64,000 bases of DNA, taken from NCBI GenBank assembly GCA_965208325.1, contig OZ242326.1:3424001-3488000 (forward strand), read 5' to 3'. The stretch comes from Candidatus Poribacteria bacterium. Lineage in GTDB: Bacteria; Poribacteria; WGA-4E; PCPOR2b. The notes under the pieces are model-generated. The model saw nothing but the letters and a program-made list of their open reading frames with translations. It ran no database searches and had not been told where the DNA came from. Positions 37,781-48,630 of this stretch are shown here, piece by piece (position 1 is the first letter of the stretch; every line of letters starts with the position of its first letter). A program made the position numbers and the translations under genes.

Positions 37781-38575
37781 ATGAAAGAAAAAACGCCTTC
37801 AATCCTGCACACCATTGTCACCCACAAACACAAAGAACTCAAACAAGATCAGTGCCGTCTACCGTTGGCTGCGTTGAAAGAGAAACTTAAGGATCAACCG
37901 CCCACGCGGGATTTCCGATCCGCACTGCCCTTCCCGAACCGCATCAATCTCATCGCTGAAGTTAAGAAAAAATCGCCAAGCAAAGGCGTTCTCCGCGACG
38001 ATTTCGATCCGGTTGCGATTGCCGGAACCTACGCCGCAGCCGGCGCCTCTGCGGTTTCCGTGCTGACGGATGCTCATTTTTTCGACGGTCATCTCACGCA
38101 TCTCACCGCGATACGCCGTGCGGTGGATATTCCGCTGTTGCGAAAAGATTTTACCGTCGACCCTTATCAGATTTACCAAGCGCGCCTCGCCGGCGCAGAC
38201 GCAATTCTGCTGATTGCGGCAATCCTGACGTTAGCCCAACTGCGTGAATTTACCCAAATCGCTAATAGCCTAAACCTCGCCTGCCTCGTCGAAGTGCATA
38301 CCGAGGAAGAGTTAGAACTCGCGCTGCGCGCAGACGCACGAATCATCGGTGTCAACAACCGCAACCTCGAAAGTTTCGAGACGGACATCGCAACTACTTT
38401 CCGCTTGATGGAATCCATCCCTGCGGATAAAATTGTCGTGAGCGAAAGCGGCATCTACACCCGCGAGGACGTTAAAGCGCTGCACGGCGCCGGCGTCAAC
38501 GCCATTCTGGTCGGCGAGTCGTTGATGCGCTCCCCAGATATCAAGCACAAAATCAAGGAGCTTTTGGGAGACTAG
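37781..38575 (+). CDS. trpC: Indole-3-glycerol phosphate synthase
   Basis: IAEVKKKSPSKG, SVLTD, LRKDF, GVNNRNL, VSESGI, LVGESLM. Confidence 0.96.
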   Translation: MKEKTPSILHTIVTHKHKELKQDQCRLPLAALKEKLKDQPPTRDFRSALPFPNRINLIAEVKKKSPSKGVLRDDFDPVAIAGTYAAAGASAVSVLTDAHFFDGHLTHLTAIRRAVDIPLLRKDFTVDPYQIYQARLAGADAILLIAAILTLAQLREFTQIANSLNLACLVEVHTEEELELALRADARIIGVNNRNLESFETDIATTFRLMESIPADKIVVSESGIYTREDVKALHGAGVNAILVGESLMRSPDIKHKIKELLGD

Positions 38576-38596
38576 GACGACTGAAATGCAGTTTTT

Positions 38597-38854
38597 GTAG
38601 GTTGGGTTAAGCGATCAACCGACCGAATAGCGAGGGATCAAGCGAACGAATAGTGAGTGCGATAGTCTTCAACAGTCTTCCCCGAACCCAACGCTTTTTA
38701 GTCGTTGGATAGTGTTCAGATTTTCGGAGTCGGATCGGGCTTACGAAAAGCGTTGGGTTACGCTTTACTAATTTTTGTAATGGCGCGATTCAATTTCAAT
38801 GGCACAATTATACTGTCGGTACGAATTTGATAAAAGTCGCTTAACCCAACCTAC
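38597..38854. repeat. REPIN-like long inverted repeat
   Basis: GTAGGTTGGGTTAAGC...CCCAACGCTTTT // AAAAGCGTTGGG...GCTTAACCCAACCTAC. Confidence 0.8.
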
Positions 38855-39231
38855 GGGGCTATTGGGAGTGTGGGATGACTCGAAAAGCAGTGGAAAACAA
38901 CCCCTACAATTTCAGCCATGACCTCGGATGGTGCGGTTACCAACCGCACCGTCGGACGGTAATAACACTCATTGGTATGTAGGAGAGGCTTCCTAGCCTC
39001 GATTATCAATCGGTTTTTGTAGATCGGGTTAAGCGATCAACTGAGCAAATTGCGAGTGATTAGCAAGCGCGATAGAGATTCTCAGGTCTATACAACGCGG
39101 ATACTCCACGCACCAAAGCGCCAGCGGCGCGAAAGGTATATAGCATGCGGAGGCACCAAATATCCAAAGCCCCAGCGGGGCGACAGGTGTGTCTGTGAAT
39201 TGTCAAGCGAACCTAGCTTTGGAGGTACATA

Positions 39232-39462
39232 ATGAGCCAAGACGAATTAAGCCCCGACATCTACAAAGAAACACTTGAATTTCTGCGAATTGCCAATCGT
39301 GCCGTCAAAAGAGCGCAGGAAGAAAACCGCAAAAAAGGCATCCCAAACGTCTATTCTTATAACGGTCACATCTACTACGAGCTGCCGAACGGCGAACTGA
39401 CCAAGGACGATCCCCTCAAAGATGCAAATAAACCGGATGGAGATAAAAGCTATTGCAGCTAA
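39232..39462 (+). CDS. 76-aa putative antitoxin-like protein, copy 1
   Basis: GGAGG RBS; 'RAVKRAQEENRKKGIPNVYS..G.IYYELPNG' resembles the small partners of zeta/AAA-kinase toxins (recall). Confidence 0.7.
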   Translation: MSQDELSPDIYKETLEFLRIANRAVKRAQEENRKKGIPNVYSYNGHIYYELPNGELTKDDPLKDANKPDGDKSYCS

Positions 39463-39724
39463 AACTCATTAATTTACTTATCGGTCTGTGGGAGAGGCTT
39501 CCTAGTCTTTTGTAAGTTGGGTTAAGCGATCAATTGAGCAAATTGCAAGTGATTAGCAAGCGCGATAGAGATTCTCAGGGCTATATAACGCGGATTCTCC
39601 ACGCACCAAAGCGCCAGCGGCGCGAAAGGTATATAGCATGCGGAGGCACCAAATATCCAAAGCCCCAGCGGGGCGACAGGTGTGTCTGTGAATTGTCAAG
39701 CGAACCTAGCTTTGGAGGTACATA

Positions 39725-39955
39725 ATGAATCAAGACGAATTAAGCCCTGAAACCTACAAACGCACACGTGAACTACTGCGAATTGGCAATCGCGCCGTCA
39801 AAAGAGCGCAAGAAGAAAACCGAAAAAAAGGCATCCCAAACGTCTATTCCTATAACGGTCACATCTACTACGAGCTACCGAACGGCGAACTGACTAAGGA
39901 CGATCCCCTCAAAGATGCAAATAAACCGGATGGAGATAAAAGCTATTACAGCTAA
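39725..39955 (+). CDS. 76-aa putative antitoxin-like protein, copy 2
   Basis: Same family, with variant N-terminus ETYKRTRELLRIG. Confidence 0.7.
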   Translation: MNQDELSPETYKRTRELLRIGNRAVKRAQEENRKKGIPNVYSYNGHIYYELPNGELTKDDPLKDANKPDGDKSYYS

Positions 39956-40233
39956 AACTCATTAATTTACTTATCGGTCTGTGGGAGAGGCTTCCTAGCC
40001 TCGATTATCAATTGGATTTTCTAGGTTGGGTTAAGCGATCAACTGAGCGAATTGCGAGTGATTAGCGAGTGCGATAGAGATTCTCAGGGCTATTCAACGC
40101 GGATTCTCCACGCACCAAAGCGCCAGCGGCGCGAAAGGTATATAGCATGCGGAGGCACCAAATATCCAAAGCCCCAGCGGGGCGACAGGTGTGTCTGTGA
40201 ATTGTCAAGAGAATCAAGCTTTGGAGGCACACA

Positions 40234-40464
40234 ATGAGTCAAGACGAATTAAGCCCCGACATCTACAAAGAAACTCTTGAAATTTTGCGAATTGCCAATC
40301 GTGCCGTCAAAAGAGCGCAGGAAGAAAACCGCAAAAAAGGCATCCCAAACGTCTATTCTTATAACGGACACATCTACTATGAGCTGCCGAACGGCGAACT
40401 GACCAAGGACGATCCCCTCAAAGATGCAAATAAACCGGATGGAGATAAAAGCTATTGCAGCTAA
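40234..40464 (+). CDS. 76-aa putative antitoxin-like protein, copy 3
   Basis: Same family, close to copy 1. Confidence 0.7.
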   Translation: MSQDELSPDIYKETLEILRIANRAVKRAQEENRKKGIPNVYSYNGHIYYELPNGELTKDDPLKDANKPDGDKSYCS

Positions 40465-40545
40465 AACTCATTAATTTACTTATCGGTCTGTGGGAGAGGC
40501 TTCCTAGCCTCGATTATCAAATAGTCGATACCTCCTTGCGCAAAT

Positions 40546-40877
40546 ATGAACCAAAATGACTATAAAAATAACCAACACATCGCAACCATGACAGACCGCA
40601 TCGTGCGAGGTTTTCGTCCCGAGCAAATTATTCTCTACGGTTCGCATGCCCGCGGCGACGCGCATCGGCATAGCGATGTAGATCTGCTCGTGGTCTTCTC
40701 CGAATGTGCCGACAAGCGAAAAGCCGCTATTGAGATTCGACGTGTCCTTAAAGACATGCCGTCCCTAAAGATATCATTGTTTCAACGCCGGAAGAGCTTG
40801 ACCGCAAGCGAGATTGGATTGGTTCGGTGCTGCGCTACGCCCAGCGGGAAGGGGTGATTCTGTATGAACACAGATAG
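40546..40877 (+). pseudogene. Minimal nucleotidyltransferase (MNT antitoxin) with a 1-nt frameshift
   Basis: LYGSHARG...SDVDLLVV; the shifted frame continues PKDIIVSTPEEL...REGVILYE*. Confidence 0.8.
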
Positions 40878-41630
40878 ACTAGATTTAGGAGATACAATCT
40901 ATTTTAAATGCTTGTCCTACTCACAAATTACCTCCCAAACGCCATCAATTCAAGAAGTTAGCAAGCTACTCTCCTCGTATAATTTTCTACAAGTGCCCAT
41001 AACCTTAATGAGAATAGGGTTGGCTTTCTCTCGAAGTGAGGATGTCGAGCAACGACACCAGACGGAATGTGCCCTGAGAGATGCATTTTATTCACCTTGT
41101 TACACACTTGAGATTGAATCACACGGGCTGAATCTAGATTTCATTGGCTCTAAAGCGCTGATGACTTAAATTCTAGGTTGAAAATACAATTTTTACTTGA
41201 CATTTTACCTTTCGGTTCGGACGCAATCATTTATACCTTACGATCAAATCTACAAGGAAGGTAATATAGTCCAAGAATGAAAATCACAAAAATCCTGAAG
41301 TACCAGTCAACATTCAAAAGGAAGACCAGATTGTGATATAATTTCAGCCGATTTACTTGACAATCGTTTAGCAAACAGATATACTGATTTGACAAAGGGT
41401 CAATGTGATTGGCACCCCCGCCCAATACCTCATCGCGTTCATAAAAGGCGATCGCCAAATGGACGAATCAATTTCAGTAAAAGCACTTTGGGTTTGATTT
41501 AATGGTGTCCATAATACTCAAAAGGGCAGATTCAAAGAAACTCCGCCAGGAGGAAACCCAGAATAAGATTTAGCGGTCGGGAATGCCCAAGATATAGTAA
41601 ATGCACTCAATAATCTGAATACACAACTTG

Positions 41631-42394
41631 TTACCGGAAAACGCCCTCCACAAAGACCCTAGACGAATCTTGAGCACTTCGATGATTGTGGCGGTAACAT
41701 GCCTCCGTAATATATAGGAGCATGTATTTTCCGTTGTACCGATGGTAGACGCCGTATGACACGCGTTTGACGATTGCCCAAAACGACGCAATAATTTGTG
41801 TATGGGTATCACCATCGGTACAAGTTTCAATTTGTTTTATAACCGCGTGGTGATATGAATCATCTAGCTAAATATACCCCTTGTATTCGTCCGTAATTAT
41901 TTTGGGCTTGCCCAATTTGGCACAACTCAATTCAAATTGCTCAATTTCGTAAATTGTAACTCTTGAAAGGATTTTAGTAACAACTTTTCCACCGCCTTCT
42001 ATCGCTCCGATTGCAGGGATTTTGTTCGTGCCTCGACTACGTTTCCCTTTAGGCTGACCATGCATTCGTGGTTTTCCACCGACATTTGTCTCATTGAACT
42101 CGACCATACCCTCAAGCAAGTGATTCTCTTTCTCTGCCATTTCTTGCCTGATACGGATCAGCATATACTAAATTGCCTTCTGTCCAATCTCAAAATCACG
42201 TGCAAGTTAATAGCTAAAAATTCCCTTCTTAGTGTTCATCATTATACAGATTTCCCAAAAACCATGCGAGATGCTTTGTTTGGAATGCTTCTCTAGTCTC
42301 GTATATGCCCATTACGACCTCCTTTTAAGGTTGGCGCACTTGCACGGATGGGTGTAAAATTCAGAACTCAAAAGTAGTTGTAAGGTTTAGCCAT
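41631..42394 (-). pseudogene. Degraded IS1595-family transposase (boundaries approximate)
   Basis: Fragments KKGI.S..LARD, IRQEM...LEGMVEFNETNVGGK, TDEYKGY, and HTQIIASFWAIVKR..YGVYH in different frames, with stops. Confidence 0.8.
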
Positions 42395-42483
42395 CAAAGA
42401 ATTTAACCCTTATTATTTGATATCCTAAATGTGAACCAGCCCATATGTGATAGGTATCAATTAGATCCGTTCAGGAGACAAAA

Positions 42484-42834
42484 ATGGAAGTGGATAAGGA
42501 TATCGTCATTGGCATAACAATTGAGTCGTGGCGGTTTAGACAGGTCTTTGCACGTTTGCTCACCAAGTTTGAAATCGAAGAGCAGCATCGATACAGAAAC
42601 CAGTTGCGGTGGTTTGAAAAAAAATTGGAGGAGTTTCTTACGCAAATCGGTTGGCAGGTTGTTGATGTCGAGGGACAACCGTTCGATCCGGGCATGGCTG
42701 CTACACCGCTAAACATTGAGGATTTTGACTCCGAAGATTCCTTGATGGTTGATCAGGTGCTTGAGCCAATCATCATGGGGAAAGACGGATTGGTTAAAAC
42801 AGGCACAGTTACTCTAAAGCGGGAGGAAACATGA
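42484..42834 (+). CDS. GrpE-like small protein
   Basis: AGGAG RBS; 'GQPFDPG...VDQVLEPII......KTGTVTL' resembles the GrpE beta domain; coupled to Hsp70. Confidence 0.65.
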   Translation: MEVDKDIVIGITIESWRFRQVFARLLTKFEIEEQHRYRNQLRWFEKKLEEFLTQIGWQVVDVEGQPFDPGMAATPLNIEDFDSEDSLMVDQVLEPIIMGKDGLVKTGTVTLKREET

Positions 42835-45377
42835 AGAATTTTATCGGTATTGACCTTGGAACAACAAACAGCGCCATCTGCTCCTACGATGGCTCAGAGA
42901 CTCGAATCTGGAAGAGTCCCGAGACAAACGACGTAACACCTTCTGCAGTCTATATCGACCGCCGTGGAAATAAGTATTTCGGCCAAAGGGCTTACAATTC
43001 TGCGCCTAGGAGCCCAGATAACGCCGCAACGCTGTTCAAACGCCTCATGGGTACGAGCACGCCCGTTAAACTTTCCGCAGCCGGCGTTACCCTAACCCCT
43101 GAGGAGTGCTCTGCAGAAATATTAAAGGTGCTGTTTGGTTATCTGCCAGAAGAAATCCGGAATGACTCCGATACAGGCACTGTCATCACGGTACCTGCGG
43201 CATTTAATCAGATGCAGAAAGATGCCACTATGCAGGCTGCAAATATGGCTGGCATAGGCAAAGTTGCGCTCATGCAAGAACCGGTTGCCGCCGTGATGAG
43301 CGTCATGCGAACGCGAAAAACCGATGGTATGTTCCTCATTTATGACATTGGAGGAGGTACGACCGACATAGCTATCGCTGAAAGTATCGGCGGGAGAGTG
43401 AACCTTCTCGCCCACGGCGGAATTCAAATGTGTGGAGGACGCGACTTCGATCGCGCGCTTGTTGACAACGTTGTTCGTCCTTGGTTGCTTGAGACCTGTG
43501 AATTACCTGAAGACTTCACCATAAACCCGACCTTCAAATCGCTCATCCGCCTAGCCACTTGGGCAACCGAGCGCGCCAAGATTGAACTCTCGTCAAGCGA
43601 GGAGACGGCGATCAGACTCGATGAAATGGAGGCGCGGACACAGGATCTCAACGGAGATGAGATTTTCATAGACATCGCATTGCAGCGAGATAGTTACACT
43701 CCCTTAATAACCGAGCGTGTCAGTGAAACCATTGATGCTGCGCGTGAAACCCTTTCGCAAGCCGGGCTCACGCCACACGATTTGGAGTGCATCGTGTGGG
43801 TCGGCGGCCCAACAAATTACAAACCCTTGCGAGACAAGGTCGCTTTTGAACTTGGCATTCCTGGCAATCTAGCTTTGAACCCCATGACAGCCGTGGCTGA
43901 AGGGGCGAGTCTGTTTGCTGAGTCCATAGACTGGAGTTCCCAAAGCCGCTCGCGGAAGGATATCCGCGGACAGATTTCCTCGCAAGGTGAGTTCGATTTG
44001 ACGTTCAGGTATATCGCCCGTACACCGGCAGACAACGCCCAGATTGGTATTCAACTCGCCGGGCAAGCAGCCCCCGGTTCTGAATTTCAGATCGACAGTG
44101 TTGATACTGGTTGGACTTCCGGCCGCTTGCGACTCGTACATGGCGTAACTATAGACGTAGCTTTAACAAAGGACGGGGCGAACACATTCACGGTGTCGGC
44201 ATTCGATGCAGTGGGCGAACCCATAGAACTTGAGCAGAATGAGATTGTTATCGCCAAAACTGCTGCTACCGTTGACGCGATTCCGGCATCGCATTCAATG
44301 GCACTAGAGGTCCTGGAGAAACTTGGTGGTCGGTCGCGACTCGAATTTCTGATAAAAAAGGGGGACCCGCTACCTAAAAAGGGCAGATTGGTGGTTAAAG
44401 CGGGTGAATCGCTTAAGGTAGACTCATCTGGCTCACTCAATTTTAGGCTGTGGGAGGGTGACATTCAAGATCCCATTAACGACAACCGCCTAATTGGTGC
44501 TGTAAAAATAACCGGAAAAGATTTCGATTACGGTGTGATTCCTACTGGTGCCGACCTTGTCTGTGATTATGAGATTTTTGACGCAGGGAATTTGCGGATT
44601 GAGGTCTCCGTTCCAAGTATCGGAGCCACTTTCAACTCGGAGAAGAATTTCTATTCAAGCGTGGACGGGAGAATTGACAATTCGTCGGTTTCTGCTCGGA
44701 CATCCGTTGCCGATGAGGTAGCGGACACCATGAACCGTATTGATGAAATCAAGGAATCCGTAGATGACACTAGGCTGGAGCAAGCTAGACAAAAACTTGT
44801 ATCCGCTGCTACGCTCAATCCCGATGACACGGACGCTGAGAATGTGCAAGAAGCCGACGAAAGAGTTCGGGCTGCAAAGGGCCTTCTGGCCCAAGTTAGA
44901 GAAGCGAACCTCAAGGAATTCCGTCAAGCTGAACTTGCCAGGGTGATTGGCTCATTTGAGCATGTCCGCCGATTTGCCCGCGCATCAGAGTCGGAAGCAT
45001 TTGACAAACTAACGGCAACTGCGCAGCGCGCTATTGACAGCAATGACAGCAACTTTGAGGGGTATTTGGATGAGCTTAAGGGAAAGAACTTTGACCTCTG
45101 GTGGCGCCAACCATGGTTTATTATTGAACAGTTCAAGCGATTTGCGAGTTCGCCTGAGCGATTTGCCGACAAGGGGCGTTTTGAGGAACTTGTCGCTGTT
45201 GGAACGCAATTCCTGCCGAAAGACATCAGCCCTGACGGGAAGGGTACTGGGTTTATAGATCCTGAAGACATTAAGAGACTGCGTCCTGTTGTCGCCGAAA
45301 TGTACCAGCTTCAATATGAAGGAGGCCGAGGCACGAAGGGCATTGAGGATTGGGCGGTAAACATCATCAGGGGTTGA
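42831..45377 (+). CDS. Non-canonical Hsp70-family protein (848 aa)
   Basis: GIDLGTTNS, TVPAAFN, EPVAA, YDIGGGT, GGRDFD; divergent C-terminal half. Confidence 0.92.
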   Translation: MKNFIGIDLGTTNSAICSYDGSETRIWKSPETNDVTPSAVYIDRRGNKYFGQRAYNSAPRSPDNAATLFKRLMGTSTPVKLSAAGVTLTPEECSAEILKVLFGYLPEEIRNDSDTGTVITVPAAFNQMQKDATMQAANMAGIGKVALMQEPVAAVMSVMRTRKTDGMFLIYDIGGGTTDIAIAESIGGRVNLLAHGGIQMCGGRDFDRALVDNVVRPWLLETCELPEDFTINPTFKSLIRLATWATERAKIELSSSEETAIRLDEMEARTQDLNGDEIFIDIALQRDSYTPLITERVSETIDAARETLSQAGLTPHDLECIVWVGGPTNYKPLRDKVAFELGIPGNLALNPMTAVAEGASLFAESIDWSSQSRSRKDIRGQISSQGEFDLTFRYIARTPADNAQIGIQLAGQAAPGSEFQIDSVDTGWTSGRLRLVHGVTIDVALTKDGANTFTVSAFDAVGEPIELEQNEIVIAKTAATVDAIPASHSMALEVLEKLGGRSRLEFLIKKGDPLPKKGRLVVKAGESLKVDSSGSLNFRLWEGDIQDPINDNRLIGAVKITGKDFDYGVIPTGADLVCDYEIFDAGNLRIEVSVPSIGATFNSEKNFYSSVDGRIDNSSVSARTSVADEVADTMNRIDEIKESVDDTRLEQARQKLVSAATLNPDDTDAENVQEADERVRAAKGLLAQVREANLKEFRQAELARVIGSFEHVRRFARASESEAFDKLTATAQRAIDSNDSNFEGYLDELKGKNFDLWWRQPWFIIEQFKRFASSPERFADKGRFEELVAVGTQFLPKDISPDGKGTGFIDPEDIKRLRPVVAEMYQLQYEGGRGTKGIEDWAVNIIRG

Positions 45378-45482
45378 ATAGTAAGATTGCATTACATTTG
45401 TACGCATCGTTCCGCATTATCTTTAACCGTGTAATGAGTACGGCTGAATAGTATTAGCGAGAAGTTTCGAAACATTGCATTC

Positions 45483-47384
45483 GTGAATCATTCACAACTG
45501 GATAAGTGCATGGATTTCTTTCAAAACCCATTTTACGTTCTTGGTGCTACGCCGCAAGACAATCGTAGAAGGATTATGGAACTAGCAGATTCGCGTAGTC
45601 TGGTTCACGATCCGGACGAGTGTAGAAAAGCGGCTGCTACTCTGACACATCCCCGACGGCGGCTCTCCGCCGAAATGGCGTGGATGCTAGGTGTCCTCCC
45701 AAAGCATGTTAATTCAGTGTTGTGGTATCTGGAATCGTCGGTACGAAATTTAATCGGAATGGACAAACTGGCGCAATTCAGAAACAGTCTAGGCATAAGC
45801 AAAATGATGCCCGTCGCTAGCGCTAACTTGCTAGCTGCCGGGATTTCTCGCCTACCTGATTATCCATCGGTTGTTGTTGTGAGTTGGATTGTTGAAATTG
45901 CAGCGACATCCGAGGAAATCAGCTTAGAACAAGTTCGCGCGGTCATCAACGTGGAACGAAAAGTGTCCGGCTTCCCAACAGTGGCCATGTCCAATGTAGA
46001 GGCGGAATTTCAAAATCTGCGGGAGTATTATCGACAGGTGATGACATCTGCATTGAATCATCTATCTCCCAAAGAATGCGCCGAAGTAATAACGGAAGTA
46101 GTAGAATCGGTTACTGATGACGAGACGCCTTTGCCGCGTTTGATTGATCACTTGGTTGACTGGTATGAATTAGAAGCGCAGGAACCTCTTGAGGAGCACG
46201 AAAGGAAGCTTGAAGAATTAGACGAGAAACTTCGATTTGAGGCTGATGAAGAACGTCCGGATTCAGCTTTGGCTCCAGTGGTGGACCAGTTAATTCAGAC
46301 TGTTAAAATCTGGGATGTCATTGCGCAGCCAATTCAGGTAAGCAAAAAGAGTCAAGGGTTACCCCACGATGCAAGCAGCCGCGTAGCAAGACGCGTGCGA
46401 GAATTGGCAGTCCACCTATTCAACCAATATGACAGGCTCAATTTCGCTCAAAAACTGACAAATATGCTCCGAGAAGTATTTGCTGAGGTTGGTGAAGTTG
46501 CTGAATTACTTGAGGAAGACGCAAGAACTCTAGCCAATGTCGCCAACAACCGTGCACGCCTAAATGAAGGTTTGGAAAAATACGAAAAGATTAAGGATTT
46601 GGTCGAAAAACTGCGAGCCGAGGCTGATGCGGAACGTCCTGATTCCATTTTGAGTCCGATGGTAAACCAACTCAGACATTATGTCAAAAAATGGGACGTC
46701 TCCGCACAACCCAATGAGGCAAACATTGCTGTAGCGAATCTTGTGCGGGGAATGGCACTTCACTTGTGGAACGAACACCAAAAGCTTGACTTCTCGCTCC
46801 AATTGACAAATACCCTCAAAGAAGCATTTGCAATTGTTAGCGAAGTTGCTGAGCATCTTGTAGAAGACGCAAGGACCCTGCGCGAAATCGCCGATGATCG
46901 TGCGCGCCAAAATGAAGCCGTCAAACAATTCGAAAAGATCAAAGCGCAGGTTGAGAAACTACAGGCCGAGGCTAATGCTAAAAGATCTGATTACTTCATG
47001 AAATCAATGGTAAACGAACTCATTCGGTCCGTAAAAGAATGGGACACCTCGGCAAAACCCAACGAGGCAAACATTGCTGTAGCGAATCTTGTGCGGGGAC
47101 TAGCACTTCACTTATGGAACGAACACCAAAAGCTTGATTTCTCGCTTCAACTGACAAATGCTCTCCAGGAGGTATTTGCGGGAATTACGGATATTGCCGA
47201 TCGCATTGCTGAAGATAAAAGGGCACTAAATAAACTCACTCAACAGCGCGCACGCATGATTGAAACTTCAGTAACGGAGAACAGCGCTCCAGGTTTTCTC
47301 CAAGGATGCTTATGGCAAATAGGCACGTACTTGGGTATCATTTTTATTCTTGGGATAGTGGTAGCGCTGTTCCAAAACTGTTAA
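45483..47384 (+). CDS. Helical-repeat protein with degenerate J-like N-terminus and C-terminal TM
   Basis: NPFYVLGA...HDPD...AAATLTHPRRRL; three ~116-aa repeats; terminal TM. Confidence 0.75.
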   Translation: MNHSQLDKCMDFFQNPFYVLGATPQDNRRRIMELADSRSLVHDPDECRKAAATLTHPRRRLSAEMAWMLGVLPKHVNSVLWYLESSVRNLIGMDKLAQFRNSLGISKMMPVASANLLAAGISRLPDYPSVVVVSWIVEIAATSEEISLEQVRAVINVERKVSGFPTVAMSNVEAEFQNLREYYRQVMTSALNHLSPKECAEVITEVVESVTDDETPLPRLIDHLVDWYELEAQEPLEEHERKLEELDEKLRFEADEERPDSALAPVVDQLIQTVKIWDVIAQPIQVSKKSQGLPHDASSRVARRVRELAVHLFNQYDRLNFAQKLTNMLREVFAEVGEVAELLEEDARTLANVANNRARLNEGLEKYEKIKDLVEKLRAEADAERPDSILSPMVNQLRHYVKKWDVSAQPNEANIAVANLVRGMALHLWNEHQKLDFSLQLTNTLKEAFAIVSEVAEHLVEDARTLREIADDRARQNEAVKQFEKIKAQVEKLQAEANAKRSDYFMKSMVNELIRSVKEWDTSAKPNEANIAVANLVRGLALHLWNEHQKLDFSLQLTNALQEVFAGITDIADRIAEDKRALNKLTQQRARMIETSVTENSAPGFLQGCLWQIGTYLGIIFILGIVVALFQNC

Positions 47385-47481
47385 CCACGAGTTTTTTCGG
47401 GTTGAATTGGTTTAGCGCGGAGTTTCACCGCCACAAGGAATCTGGCAAATCTATTTGTTACAGCGTTGTTTCGCAGTGCTT

Positions 47482-47696
47482 GTAGGTTGGGTTGAACTGA
47501 AGGCGAAACCCAACAATCAACTGAGCGGGCAGCGAAGGCGATAGTTTTCACGACACCAAAACTATCGCGCTTCCCATTGGGCAGCTTGAACGTTGGGGCA
47601 CTACGCAACACCCAACAAGTTTCGAACGCATTCGACCGAATGAAACCCATACGTGAATATCCCCATATTTTACCATCTGCGCTCAATCCAACCTAC
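47482..47696. repeat. REPIN-like inverted repeat with a nested 35-nt-motif palindrome
   Basis: GTAGGTTGGGTTGAAC...TCAATCCAACCTAC; nested pair at ~47516-47591. Confidence 0.75.
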
Positions 47697-47890
47697 CGAA
47701 TCATTCGCAATTCAGTTTGTAGTAGCGCAATTTATTGCGCGTCCGGCAGGTCGTCCTCTTCCTTGATCTGAAATATTGTTTTATGTAGAAACGGGCAATA
47801 AAGAGGGAACTCTATCGCCTTCGCTATTCGCTCAGTTGATCCCTACTACATACCTTTGGGCGTACAACGGCGTAACTCCTATTTTAGAAG

Positions 47891-48050
47891 AGTTTGAATT
47901 TTTCATAGTTTTTCATAGTAAAGTATCGTGCCGCGTCCGATGAAAACCGCCTGAAGATCCGTCCACGACTGGATTTCCGCCTGTTTTCTCTCCAAATCCG
48001 AACTACATCAGAACTACGCAAAACTATGAAAACTATGAAATTTTTCAAAA
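47891..48050. repeat. ~160-bp element with inverted (TTTTCATAG)2/(CTATGAAAA)2 ends, copy 1
   Basis: Direct copy at 48472-48630. Confidence 0.85.
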
Positions 48051-48471
48051 TCTGTAGAACTTTCGCAGTTCAGTCAATTCGGCAATCGCTGTAATCATTG
48101 GGCGATCCGCCGGAGACTGAACTTATATACCTGTCGCCCCGCTGGGGCTTGGGAGTGTAGAGATGCCGCGATGCTATACACATGCCGCCCCGCTGGGGCT
48201 ACAGGGCAACGTTTAAGCAATTTGTATCAATCGCTGTTCTCATTGACCTCCGGTATTGCAATCGGAATATTGCCCTACTATAAATTAAGCAAAAACTCCG
48301 GTAATCTTAACTCAAGCGACCACGCACATAGCCCCAGCGGGGATCTTCGATCATCAAATCGAAGATAGTTTTTCCAGTAAAATAGAAACACCAATTCACC
48401 ATACATCGAAAGCCCCAGCGGGGCGACAGGTGTGTATGTCTAATGTCAACAGAACCTAGTAAAGCTAGCAA

Positions 48472-48630
48472 AGTTTGAATTTTTCATAGTATTTCATAGT
48501 GTGGTATCGCGCCGCGTCCGATGAAAACCGCCTGAAGATCCGTCCACGACTGGATTGCCGCCCGTTTTCGCTCCAAATCGGAACTACATCAGAACGGCGC
48601 CAAACTATGAAAACTATGAAATTTTTGAAT
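48472..48630. repeat. ~160-bp element, copy 2
   Basis: Shares 'gccgcgtccgatgaaaaccgcctgaagatccgtccacgactggatt'. Confidence 0.85.

Larger units (their letters stand above)
38979..40517 (+). repeat. Three tandem ~500-bp cassettes (periods 509/493/509), each a REP-rich leader plus a 76-aa gene
   Basis: GT(A/G)GGAGAGGCTTCCTAG boundaries at 38979, 39488, 39981 and 40490. Confidence 0.95.

Noticed and set aside
37291..37890. 199-aa ORF and similar repeat-derived ORFs (47381, 47577, 48171, 50481, 50662)
   Set aside because: They span REP repeats or overlap better-supported genes.
39050..40237. 60-63-aa ORFs at 39050, 39534 and 40052 as toxins
   Set aside because: They translate REP/leader DNA that also occurs at 37126, with TTG starts and no RBS.
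38979..40517. Integron cassette array
   Set aside because: No integrase, and no convincing attC RYYYAAC/GTTRRRY pairs. The boundaries are REP-like.
40864..41830. ORFs 40864, 41231 and 41570 as real proteins
   Set aside because: 41570 is an alternate frame of the IS1595 remnant. The others lack recognisable motifs, though 40864 may begin with a few codons of a lost HEPN gene.
42831..45377. Housekeeping dnaK
   Set aside because: Too long and divergent after the ATPase domain; no canonical linker and no canonical dnaJ or hrcA.
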